This document shows, piece after piece, positions 8,067-15,869 of a DNA stretch of 37,662 nucleotides (positions within the stretch are counted from its first letter, which is position 1; the number at the start of each line of letters is the position of its first letter). A program made the position numbers and the translations under genes. Source of the DNA: Patescibacteria group bacterium. GTDB lineage: Archaea > Nanobdellota > Nanobdellia > Pacearchaeales > GW2011-AR1. The stretch spans positions 1-37,662 of the forward strand of contig JBNMFJ010000002.1 in NCBI GenBank assembly GCA_051269935.1, in the 5' to 3' direction. The notes under the pieces were generated by a model. It saw nothing but the letters and a program-made list of their open reading frames with translations. It was not told where the DNA came from and searched no databases.

Positions 8067-9884
8067 ATGAATGCGAAACTATTAGGTGAAATGGCGACTT
8101 TATTGCGTCGGGATTCTTTGGAAATGACGACGATGGCGAAGAGTGGGCATCCTACTTCATGTCTTTCTTGTGCTGAAATTATGAGTGTACTATTTTTTGA
8201 TGAGATGAGATATAGTACTGGTAACTCTGCAGATCCTAATAATGATGAATTTATTTTGAGTAAAGGTCATTCTGCTCCAATTTTATATTCTGCTTTATTT
8301 CATGCTGGAGCGACGAAGGAGCGGTTATTGGATTTGAGAAAGATATCAAGTAATTTAGAAGGTCATCCTGTTCCTCGGAATTTTCCTTGGGCGAAGATGG
8401 GTACTGGTTCTTTGGGTCAAGGATTAGGTGTCGGTGTTGGTATGGCTCTTGCTGCAAAAAAACAAGGCCGAGGTTATAGAACTTATGTTTTGATGGGTGA
8501 TAGTGAGATTGCTGAGGGGAGTGTGTATGAAGCCTGTGAGTTGGCAGTATATTATGAGTTGGATAATTTAGTTGCAATTGTTGATGTTAATCGATTGGGT
8601 CAGCGAGGTGAAACATTATTTGGTCATAATGTGAAAGCTTATGAGAAACGATTTTCTGGATTTGGATGGAAGGTATTTACTGTTGATGGGCATAGTATTG
8701 CTGATTTGAAACGGGTATTTGCTTCTGCTCGGAAGGCAGGAAAACCTGTCATGATTTTGGCTAAGACGTTTAAAGGACGTGGTGTGAAATTTTTGGAGAA
8801 TAAAGATGAGTGGCATGGTAAGGCATTAGATCAGATTCAGATGCAGGAGGCATTGATAGAAGTTGGGGAAGTTGATATGAAAGCCTTGAGGGTTAAAAAA
8901 GGTATGATTCGTAAGCCTCATTCTGTGAAGTTTAAATTTAAGAGGAGGAAATTAAAACCATCTGAATTTTCTGATGATGTATCTACTAGAAAGGCTTATG
9001 GAGAGGCGATTGCTGCTTTAGCTGCTGCGGATTCTTCTGTAATAGCCTTGGATGCTGAAGTTTCTAATTCAACATTTTCAGCAAGGGTTAAGGATGTTAA
9101 TGTTGATCAATTTATTGAGTCCTTTATTGCTGAACAAAATATGGTTTCGATGGCTTCTGGGTTAGCGGTTAAAGGACATATTGTTTTTGCTTCAACTTTT
9201 GCTGCTTTTTTAAGTCGGGCTGGTGACCAATTGCGAATGGCATCTTTGAGTGATGTCGACCTGAATTGTGTTGGAAGTCATTGTGGTGTTTCGATTGGTG
9301 CTGATGGTGCGAGTCAAATGGGATTGTCTGATATTGCATTTTTTAGAAGTTTATTAGGGTCGACTGTTTTATACCCAAGTGATGCTGTATCTGCTCAGGC
9401 TTTAACTTTTGCATCTATTTTGACCAAGGGTGTATCTTATTTGCGAACTACTCGAGCGAAAACTCCTATTCTGTATAAGAAGAAAGAAAAATTTCCAATT
9501 GGTGATTTTAAAGTATTACAAAAATCAACTCATGATAGAGTTGTTTTGGTTGGGAGTGGAATTACTGTTCATCAGGCAATGCGAGCGTCCTATATGATGA
9601 AGAAAAAAGTTGCTGTTGTAGATTTATATTCTGTTAAACCATTTAAGATGGATAAATTTGTTAAGTTTGTTCTTAGTCATGGGAAAAAGATTGTGATTGC
9701 TGAGGATCATTATGAACAAGGTGGTATTGGTGAAATGTTAGCTGCTGGAATAGTTGGGACGGGAATTAAGATGAAGCATTTGTGTGTGAGAGAGTTGCCT
9801 CATTCAGGAAAACCCGCTGAATTGCTTGCGAAATATGGCTTGGATAGTACTGCATATGTGATGGCGGTTAAGGGTAAGTGGTAA
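8067..9884 (+). CDS. tkt: Transketolase, single-chain fusion of the N- and C-terminal halves of the split type
   Basis: The N-half has GHPTSCLSCAEIM, GSLGQGL and GDSEIAEGSVYEA (TPP binding). A basic linker follows (KPHSVKFKFKRRKLKPSEF). The C-half has TRKAYGEAI, FIAEQNMVSMASGLA and a C-terminal domain. A TATA-like GTATAAAAAG sits at 8027-8036. Confidence 0.9.
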   Translation: MNAKLLGEMATLLRRDSLEMTTMAKSGHPTSCLSCAEIMSVLFFDEMRYSTGNSADPNNDEFILSKGHSAPILYSALFHAGATKERLLDLRKISSNLEGHPVPRNFPWAKMGTGSLGQGLGVGVGMALAAKKQGRGYRTYVLMGDSEIAEGSVYEACELAVYYELDNLVAIVDVNRLGQRGETLFGHNVKAYEKRFSGFGWKVFTVDGHSIADLKRVFASARKAGKPVMILAKTFKGRGVKFLENKDEWHGKALDQIQMQEALIEVGEVDMKALRVKKGMIRKPHSVKFKFKRRKLKPSEFSDDVSTRKAYGEAIAALAAADSSVIALDAEVSNSTFSARVKDVNVDQFIESFIAEQNMVSMASGLAVKGHIVFASTFAAFLSRAGDQLRMASLSDVDLNCVGSHCGVSIGADGASQMGLSDIAFFRSLLGSTVLYPSDAVSAQALTFASILTKGVSYLRTTRAKTPILYKKKEKFPIGDFKVLQKSTHDRVVLVGSGITVHQAMRASYMMKKKVAVVDLYSVKPFKMDKFVKFVLSHGKKIVIAEDHYEQGGIGEMLAAGIVGTGIKMKHLCVRELPHSGKPAELLAKYGLDSTAYVMAVKGKW

Positions 9885-10562
9885 ATGGTAAAAAAGAATA
9901 TTCTTGTTTGTATTGATCGTGATGGGACCTTGATGTATGATGGTGGAAGTTATCATTTAGGGCGTCAGAAAAATTGGAAATCTATGGTAAAGGTTTTACG
10001 AGGATCTATTAGTGCGATTAAGGAATTACGGAAGATTGATTTGGTAAAGATATTTATGGTTACGAATCAGCCTGGAGTTGCGATTACTAATTTTCCTTTA
10101 CTAACACGTAAAAAGGCATTAGAGGTATGTGAGTATTTTTTGGAGATTTTAAAGAGTAAAGGTGCTGCGGTGGATGGTTTTGAGATGTGTGGGAAATCTT
10201 CTATTGAATATTATAATAATCGAAAGGATAGGTATACTTTTGATATGAGTTTGGTTGGGAAATTTGCATGTGCTAAACCTCGTGCTGGAATGATTTCGAA
10301 TATATTAAAGGAGCTGAAATGGAAAAAATCTGAAACTTCTATATATGTATTAGGTGATCGTTTAAGTGATGTTAAAACTGGGCTTGCTATAGATGGTATT
10401 GGAATCTATGTGCCTTTTAGTGGTAAGGAAGAAGAGGTTACTTTTGTAAAACAATATATGAAACGTTATCCAACTCGATCTGGTAAAATCTATGTTTCTG
10501 ATGGAATAGTTGATGCCGCACGATATGTTGTGCGACAAGAACTACATAAAAATAAAAAATAA
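9885..10562 (+). CDS. HAD-IIIA phosphatase, GmhB/HisB-N-like (sugar bisphosphate phosphatase candidate)
   Basis: Carries DRDGTL (motif I), TNQPGV (motif II), CAKPRAGM (resembling CRKPxPGM) and GDRLSD (motif IV). The ATG directly abuts the tkt stop (TAAATG). Confidence 0.75.
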   Translation: MVKKNILVCIDRDGTLMYDGGSYHLGRQKNWKSMVKVLRGSISAIKELRKIDLVKIFMVTNQPGVAITNFPLLTRKKALEVCEYFLEILKSKGAAVDGFEMCGKSSIEYYNNRKDRYTFDMSLVGKFACAKPRAGMISNILKELKWKKSETSIYVLGDRLSDVKTGLAIDGIGIYVPFSGKEEEVTFVKQYMKRYPTRSGKIYVSDGIVDAARYVVRQELHKNKK

Positions 10563-10573
10563 ATGGTGAAGAA

Positions 10574-10936
10574 TTACTTCTTCTTTTTGCCGTTGATTAT
10601 CATGCCTAATCTAACTGGTATCATCATTAATGCTATTAATATTCCGAATAGTAAGATGTAAATTCCTGTTAGAATTTTTTCTACACCCTCTAGCTTTAAT
10701 CGTAACAGCTCTGATGGATACTGTTGAATTTCGACTAATTGATTGCTTAATTCACTTCCACTTGCTGCTGAATCTCGTTCTGATTTAACAGTGTCAAAAT
10801 ATTTAGCTTGTAAGCTGTGGAATCTATCTTCTTCTATTGCTACTTGCTTGTGCATTTTTAATCCTTCTATTGCAAAGAAAAGTGAGAAGAGAAATAGTAG
10901 AACCATTACTCCCATTAGTACTTTTTGTTTATTCAT
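10574..10936 (-). CDS. Small bitopic membrane protein, unknown function
   Basis: 120 aa with N- and C-terminal hydrophobic helices flanking a roughly 65-aa polar loop. A GGAGGT Shine-Dalgarno site (10942-10947) lies 5 nt upstream of the ATG. Confidence 0.6.
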   Translation of the reverse strand: MNKQKVLMGVMVLLFLFSLFFAIEGLKMHKQVAIEEDRFHSLQAKYFDTVKSERDSAASGSELSNQLVEIQQYPSELLRLKLEGVEKILTGIYILLFGILIALMMIPVRLGMIINGKKKK

Positions 10937-10949
10937 GGTATACCTCCAT

Positions 10950-11093
10950 TTAGTTTACAAAGTTGAGAATGTAACTAAGAGCAAAGAATAACATTGCTAC
11001 TACGCCAAGTATTTGTTCCATTTTCATTTCTTTGATTACATGTCGGTCTATTTTTCGTTCGTTTTTTATTTTATTATGAACTAATAAGGCCAT
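10950..11093 (-). CDS. Possible 47-aa single-helix membrane peptide (not in ORF track)
   Basis: Hand-translated as MALLVHNKIKNERKIDRHVIKEMKMEQILGVVAMLFFALSYILNFVN. The stop lies just before the SD of the next gene. A TTTATAGG box (11113-11120, minus strand) sits about 24 nt upstream of its ATG. Confidence 0.35.
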   Translation of the reverse strand: MALLVHNKIKNERKIDRHVIKEMKMEQILGVVAMLFFALSYILNFVN

Positions 11094-11154
11094 TACTGAA
11101 ATTGCTATTTTACCTATAAAGTCGGATGTTATGATGATTGTTTGAAATTCTATT

Positions 11155-11904
11155 TTATATTTTATATTTGTTATAGTTTAGACAAAATTTACCATCACTT
11201 TCTATATATTCTTTATAGGTTTCTTCAATAATTTTGAGAGCTTGTTTATAGTCATTTGCAACGTATATCATTTCCATGTCTTGTGGATTAATGAATTCTT
11301 CCTTTAGTACTACATCCTTCATCCATTTTGCTAGGGTTCTCCATTGTTTTCCCACGAGTATTATTGGAATGTTACAAATTTTATTTGTCTGAACTAATTG
11401 CCATGTATAAAAGAGCTCTAACACTGTGCCGATTCCACCTGGGGTTATGATTACTGCATTAGAAAGTAGCATAAATTGGTCAAGTCGTTTCGAGAAGGTT
11501 TGAAATTTTTTCATTACGTCTAAACTTGCATTTTCTTTTTGCTCGGTTTTTAGCTTTATTGCTAGTCCGATGGAATGTGCTTTTGAATTAAGTCCTCTAC
11601 CTTCTTTATGTCCTCGGTTTGCTGCTTCCATTTGTCCAGGTCCGCCTCCCGTTACAACGTCAAGTTGTCTTCGTCCTAGCTCGTATCCTAATGTATATGC
11701 AAGTTTATACTCTGGATCTCCTCTTTTTGTTCGTGCAGATCCGAAGATTGAAATTCTAAAATGATTGTTTTTTAATTCATCAAGAATAGGAGTTAATTCC
11801 TTTTTGTTTTTAGAATTTTTGATCATCTTTTTGACAACTTTTACGTTTGGTTGATATTCTGCATTTTTTGCAGGTTTTATAAAATCTTTTTTTTTGGTTA
11901 CCAT
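11155..11904 (-). CDS. LOG family protein (TIGR00730-type nucleotide phosphoribohydrolase, formerly called lysine decarboxylase-like)
   Basis: Has the GGGPGQMEAANRG and PGGIGTVLELF motifs. Confidence 0.85.
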   Translation of the reverse strand: MVTKKKDFIKPAKNAEYQPNVKVVKKMIKNSKNKKELTPILDELKNNHFRISIFGSARTKRGDPEYKLAYTLGYELGRRQLDVVTGGGPGQMEAANRGHKEGRGLNSKAHSIGLAIKLKTEQKENASLDVMKKFQTFSKRLDQFMLLSNAVIITPGGIGTVLELFYTWQLVQTNKICNIPIILVGKQWRTLAKWMKDVVLKEEFINPQDMEMIYVANDYKQALKIIEETYKEYIESDGKFCLNYNKYKI

Positions 11905-11959
11905 ATCACATCTTTTATATTAGTACGTAGAAGTTATTTATAAGGGTTTGTTATACAGT

Positions 11960-12586
11960 TTATAATGATAATTTCTCTAATACTTTTTCTGGATTTTTTG
12001 CTTTAGTGATTGCCGAGGAAATTAATACTCCTTTGCATCCAATTTTTTTTGCTTCTTCTATATCTTCCTTTGTACTTATTCCTGCTCCACAAAGGGGAAT
12101 TGTTTTTGATTTTTTTGTGAATAGGTTGATGAAAATATTTAGGTCTTTTGGGTTATGCTTTAGTATCGACTTTCCTGTTGCGATTAATTTGGGATCTTCA
12201 AATGCTATTGCATATGGCTTTAATTTTAGTATTTCCTTTGCTTGCTTTATTGTTGAGGTGCAAATTATTACTTTTAGTTTTAATTTATTAGATATTTGAA
12301 GTGTTCTCTTTATTTCTTGTAAGGAAATTGGATGTTCAGAATGATTAAGTAATGAACCTTTTGCTTTTTCATCTTTAATTGAATTTGCTGTGATGTATCC
12401 TGTATTCCTTTCTGGTTTTATTGCATCTATGTGTTGAGCGAAAATATCCGTCTTGCTTGTTTTTGCGAAGTGTAAATGTGTAGCTTGCAGACAGATTATC
12501 GTCTTGGTTTTTATCTTTTCTGCTGCTTTCACTAATGCTTTTGTTTGTTTTTCTCTGAGGTATGTTTTTGTATTTATTACTATCAT
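11960..12586 (-). CDS. tpiA: Triosephosphate isomerase, short archaeal type
   Basis: 208 aa with NTKTY, LLNHSEH (catalytic His), AFEDPKLIATGKS (catalytic Glu) and LCGAGIS. An ATGA overlap joins it to the aldolase stop. Confidence 0.85.
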   Translation of the reverse strand: MIVINTKTYLREKQTKALVKAAEKIKTKTIICLQATHLHFAKTSKTDIFAQHIDAIKPERNTGYITANSIKDEKAKGSLLNHSEHPISLQEIKRTLQISNKLKLKVIICTSTIKQAKEILKLKPYAIAFEDPKLIATGKSILKHNPKDLNIFINLFTKKSKTIPLCGAGISTKEDIEEAKKIGCKGVLISSAITKAKNPEKVLEKLSL

Positions 12587-13338
12587 TTCATTTTAAGGAT
12601 TTTTTTTATTTTAGTTGTTATTGAGAGAGGGTTTTTGTGTTGCCATATGTTTCGTCCAATTGCTAGACCAATAATCCCAGTGTCTTTTATATTTTGCAAT
12701 TGTTTTAAGAATTCCTTTTCATTCTTTTTTGTTCCACCAGCGACTACTACTTTTGTTTTTTGTGCGGATTTTGTTGCCCATTCTAAATCCTTTGGTTCAC
12801 CTTCATATTTTATTTTAACAATGTCTGATCCGAGTTCAAATCCTACTCTTGTTGCATAGGCCATAAGTTCTTTTTTCTTTTTTCCTTTGATTGCCTTTCC
12901 TCTTGGGTATATCCATAGAATAGTGGGTAGTTTTGCTTCATGTGCTTTAGTTTGAATTTTACTAAATTGTTTAATCATTTTTGCTTCGTGTTCGCTTCCT
13001 ATGTATATGGTGTATCCAATTGCTTTTGCTCCTAATTTTATGGCCTGTTTTACAGTACAGATTTGTTCTGAGAGAGGTTCTCCATCTGTAATGTTTGTTT
13101 TTCCATTTAGTTTAAGAATTAAGGGAACTTTTGATTTCCTAATTTCGCTTTGATATGCCTCTGCTATTCCTTTATGGAAGACTATTCCGTTGTATTTACC
13201 GTCTTTTGCAATTTGTATTATATAGTTTGGGTCCACATTTTTATCAGTAAAGTCAGTTGGGCCATGTTCTAATCCTTGGTCATAAGCTAGATATAATGCT
13301 TTTCCTTTTGTTGTTATATTTCTTAGTGATGCTTTCAT
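12583..13338 (-). CDS. Class I fructose-bisphosphate aldolase (DhnA/FbaB, archaeal type)
   Basis: LAYDQGLEHGP is an N-terminal motif characteristic of the DhnA/archaeal class I aldolase family. A DIVKIKY lysine context is present. The 251-aa length fits. Confidence 0.75.
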   Translation of the reverse strand: MKASLRNITTKGKALYLAYDQGLEHGPTDFTDKNVDPNYIIQIAKDGKYNGIVFHKGIAEAYQSEIRKSKVPLILKLNGKTNITDGEPLSEQICTVKQAIKLGAKAIGYTIYIGSEHEAKMIKQFSKIQTKAHEAKLPTILWIYPRGKAIKGKKKKELMAYATRVGFELGSDIVKIKYEGEPKDLEWATKSAQKTKVVVAGGTKKNEKEFLKQLQNIKDTGIIGLAIGRNIWQHKNPLSITTKIKKILKMK

Positions 13339-13343
13339 TTAGT

Positions 13344-13904
13344 TTAATATAGCTCTGTTTCGGGATGGAATGCATACCATGCAAACCAGAAGTCTCGTTC
13401 TCTAACGATATCTTCCCCTGAATATTTATTTATTATTGTGATTGTTCCGTCTTTATTTTTTGTAAGTTCAATTGTTATACCTTCGAAAGTATCAGTGATT
13501 ATTCCTTGATCGATTACATCATTTTCTTGATATGCTTTATATTTTTCATTAATTTGTATTCCTAGAACAGGAGTTTTTGCATGGATTCTATTATCTTCGT
13601 TATTTACTGGAAAGATTAAAAATGAGTCTTCATAGTAGTTTCCATATGGATCTTTTCCGTAGTTTCTCCGGTGTCCTGTATCTTGGCTTAGCACTTCTTT
13701 AATTGTAATCTCTTCCCATAGTTCTTGTGTGGGGTCGCTTGCGGGAACTACTATGTTATCTTCATTGTCTGAGGTGACTTCTTCATTAGTATTGTCAGAT
13801 TGAATTCCACTATTGTCTATAAGTTGGGGTTCTTCTTGTATATTTTTTAATACTAGGACTATGAGCACTAATCCAATAAATCCAATCATTGCTATTTTAT
13901 TCAT
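13344..13904 (-). CDS. Membrane-anchored DUF3179-like protein
   Basis: An N-terminal hydrophobic anchor (IAMIGFIGLVLIVLVL) is followed by an acidic linker. The C-terminal DFWFAWYAFHPETELY is typical of the DUF3179 C-terminus. An ATGA overlap joins it to the tal stop. Confidence 0.65.
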   Translation of the reverse strand: MNKIAMIGFIGLVLIVLVLKNIQEEPQLIDNSGIQSDNTNEEVTSDNEDNIVVPASDPTQELWEEITIKEVLSQDTGHRRNYGKDPYGNYYEDSFLIFPVNNEDNRIHAKTPVLGIQINEKYKAYQENDVIDQGIITDTFEGITIELTKNKDGTITIINKYSGEDIVRERDFWFAWYAFHPETELY

Positions 13905-14728
13905 TTTTTATTTTTCCTCTTTGTGAATATTTTTGCATATTCTGGAATTGTATCTTTCTTGAATTGTATCATTCCTTCAACTGTTTTTGGATGTGCCATT
14001 AATGATTCGATTACTGAAAAAGGAATTGTTGCTATATGCGCGCCTGCTAATTCTACTTCTCGGAGTTGTCTTTTGCTTCTTATGCTTGCGGCAAGAATTT
14101 TTGCTTTTATTTTATTTTTTTTGAATGATTCTGCTGTTTTTCTAATAAGGTCAACTCCTGATACAATTCCGCTATCTTGGAGCTTTTGTTTTCTTTTAAG
14201 ATATCCATCTTTTGGAAAATAGTCCTTTTTGTCAAATTTTATTTGATTCATTTTCCTTATGTAATCATCCTCTCTTCCAACAAAGGGACTCACAAACTTA
14301 GCTCCAGCTCTTGCAGCTAATAATGCTTGTTCTGGTGTGAATATTAATGTTGTATTTATCTTAATTCTTAGTTTTGATAATTGACTTATTGTTTTGATCC
14401 CATCGGAATTATTTGAGCAGATATCCTTTAGACAAGGATTAATGGGAACTTTTACATATAGATTGTTTGCTATTTTTCCGAATTTTTTCTGAAGTATTTT
14501 ACCCTCTTCTATCATTTCCTTATATGAAGATCCAATGACTTCGAGGCTAACGGGTATATCTTTACATATTTTAAGCAATTTAATAATATATTTTTCTAGG
14601 TCTTTAATCTTATTCTTTTCTGCTGCTTTTTTTATTAAGGATGGGTTTGTAGTTACACCGTCTAGAAATCCCCATTTCTTGACTTGTTTAATTTCTTCAA
14701 TGTCAGCAGAATCTAGAAAATATTTCAT
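13901..14728 (-). CDS. tal: Transaldolase (type 3B / fructose-6-phosphate aldolase-like) with extra insert
   Basis: Has MKYFLDSADIEEI...LDGVTTNPSL, the YVKVP Schiff-base Lys context and SPFVGR. At 275 aa it is longer than the roughly 215-220 aa usual for this subfamily. Confidence 0.9.
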   Translation of the reverse strand: MKYFLDSADIEEIKQVKKWGFLDGVTTNPSLIKKAAEKNKIKDLEKYIIKLLKICKDIPVSLEVIGSSYKEMIEEGKILQKKFGKIANNLYVKVPINPCLKDICSNNSDGIKTISQLSKLRIKINTTLIFTPEQALLAARAGAKFVSPFVGREDDYIRKMNQIKFDKKDYFPKDGYLKRKQKLQDSGIVSGVDLIRKTAESFKKNKIKAKILAASIRSKRQLREVELAGAHIATIPFSVIESLMAHPKTVEGMIQFKKDTIPEYAKIFTKRKNKK

Positions 14729-15354
14729 TTGATTAACTCCTTTAGTTTATGTATTGCTTTTCCTGCGTTTCTAGATTTTTGTAGGTATGAACCTACAACG
14801 AAAGAATTTGCCCCTGCTTTTTTTACTTCTTCAATTGTTTTTTCGTTTATGCTTCCGTCTACTTGGATAGTTAATCTGGGGTATTTGTCTCTGAGTTTCT
14901 TCACTTTCTTAATTGTTGATTTTACAAAAGGAGCTCCATATTGTCCGGGTTGGACTGTCATAATAAGCGCCATATCTATTGATTTGATGAAGGGTATTAT
15001 TTTTTGTATGGGTGTTCTCGGATTAATTGCTATTCCTATTTTTGTTTTTGGTGAGAGTTTCCTGATACGATTAATTATTTTCTTTGGTGATTTTGTGGCT
15101 TCTATATGAAATATGATCATTTTTGCCTTTGTATGATTCTCTTCAATAAAATCTTCAATGTCTTTAGTCATTAAATGTACTTGATAACTTCTTTGGGGTA
15201 GCTCTACAGGGAAATTTAATGATTCGTTTTTAACGAATGGTTTTTCCATGAAATCGAGATGATAAGTTGTCTTAAGATCTTTTATCTTATTATATGTTTT
15301 AGTGAATTCTTTTTGGCTTGTTGCTATGATTGATGGGAGTATTGTTGTTCTCAT
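14725..15354 (-). CDS. rpe: Ribulose-phosphate 3-epimerase (divergent)
   Basis: Motifs: ILPSIIATS, HLDFMEKPFVKN (compare HxDxMDGxFVPN), MTVQPGQYGAPF, IQVDGSIN and FVVGSYL. ATGA overlaps occur at both ends. Confidence 0.75.
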   Translation of the reverse strand: MRTTILPSIIATSQKEFTKTYNKIKDLKTTYHLDFMEKPFVKNESLNFPVELPQRSYQVHLMTKDIEDFIEENHTKAKMIIFHIEATKSPKKIINRIRKLSPKTKIGIAINPRTPIQKIIPFIKSIDMALIMTVQPGQYGAPFVKSTIKKVKKLRDKYPRLTIQVDGSINEKTIEEVKKAGANSFVVGSYLQKSRNAGKAIHKLKELIK

Positions 15355-15815
15355 AGTCCAGTCATTTTTTTTATTTTGTTTAGTCGTTTTGTATGTCGTC
15401 CTTTTTGAAATTCAGTTTTTAAGAATATTTTAATTGCTTTCTTTGCTTCACTTTCTGTTACAAATCTTGATCCAAAACAGAGAATATTTATGTTGTCATG
15501 TTCTCTGCCTGTTCTCACAATTCTTGGTGAGCCACCATGATATAATCCTGCTTTTATTCCTGCAATTTTATTGCTTGCAATTGCCTCTCCTTGCCCGGAA
15601 CCTGCAACTATGATACCAACTGATCCTTTATCTTCACTGACATTTTTTGCCATTGGAATTACAAAGTCAGGATAGTCATCTAGTTTATTGTATGAGAAAG
15701 GTCCTTTGTCCACTATTACTAATCCTTGTTTTTCTAAGAAAGGAATTATTTTTTCTTTTAATTTAAAACCGGCATGGTCACCAGAAATATATGCTGTTCT
15801 TATCTTTCTCACCAT
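15351..15815 (-). CDS. rpiB: Ribose-5-phosphate isomerase B (RpiB/LacAB family)
   Basis: Has SGDHAGFKLKEKI and GIIVAGSGQGEAIASNK motifs in 154 aa. Confidence 0.85.
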   Translation of the reverse strand: MVRKIRTAYISGDHAGFKLKEKIIPFLEKQGLVIVDKGPFSYNKLDDYPDFVIPMAKNVSEDKGSVGIIVAGSGQGEAIASNKIAGIKAGLYHGGSPRIVRTGREHDNINILCFGSRFVTESEAKKAIKIFLKTEFQKGRHTKRLNKIKKMTGL

Positions 15816-15839
15816 CTTGTATATCTATATCACTTTTTC

Positions 15840-15848
15840 TTAATAAAT
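15840..15848 (-). promoter_or_regulatory. TATA-like box (minus strand ATTTATTAA) upstream of rpiB
   Basis: The box is centred about 29 nt upstream of ATG 15815, in the 54-nt gap after the SIS gene. Confidence 0.4.
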
Positions 15849-15869
15849 GTTTGTTAATAAGTGTTTACT

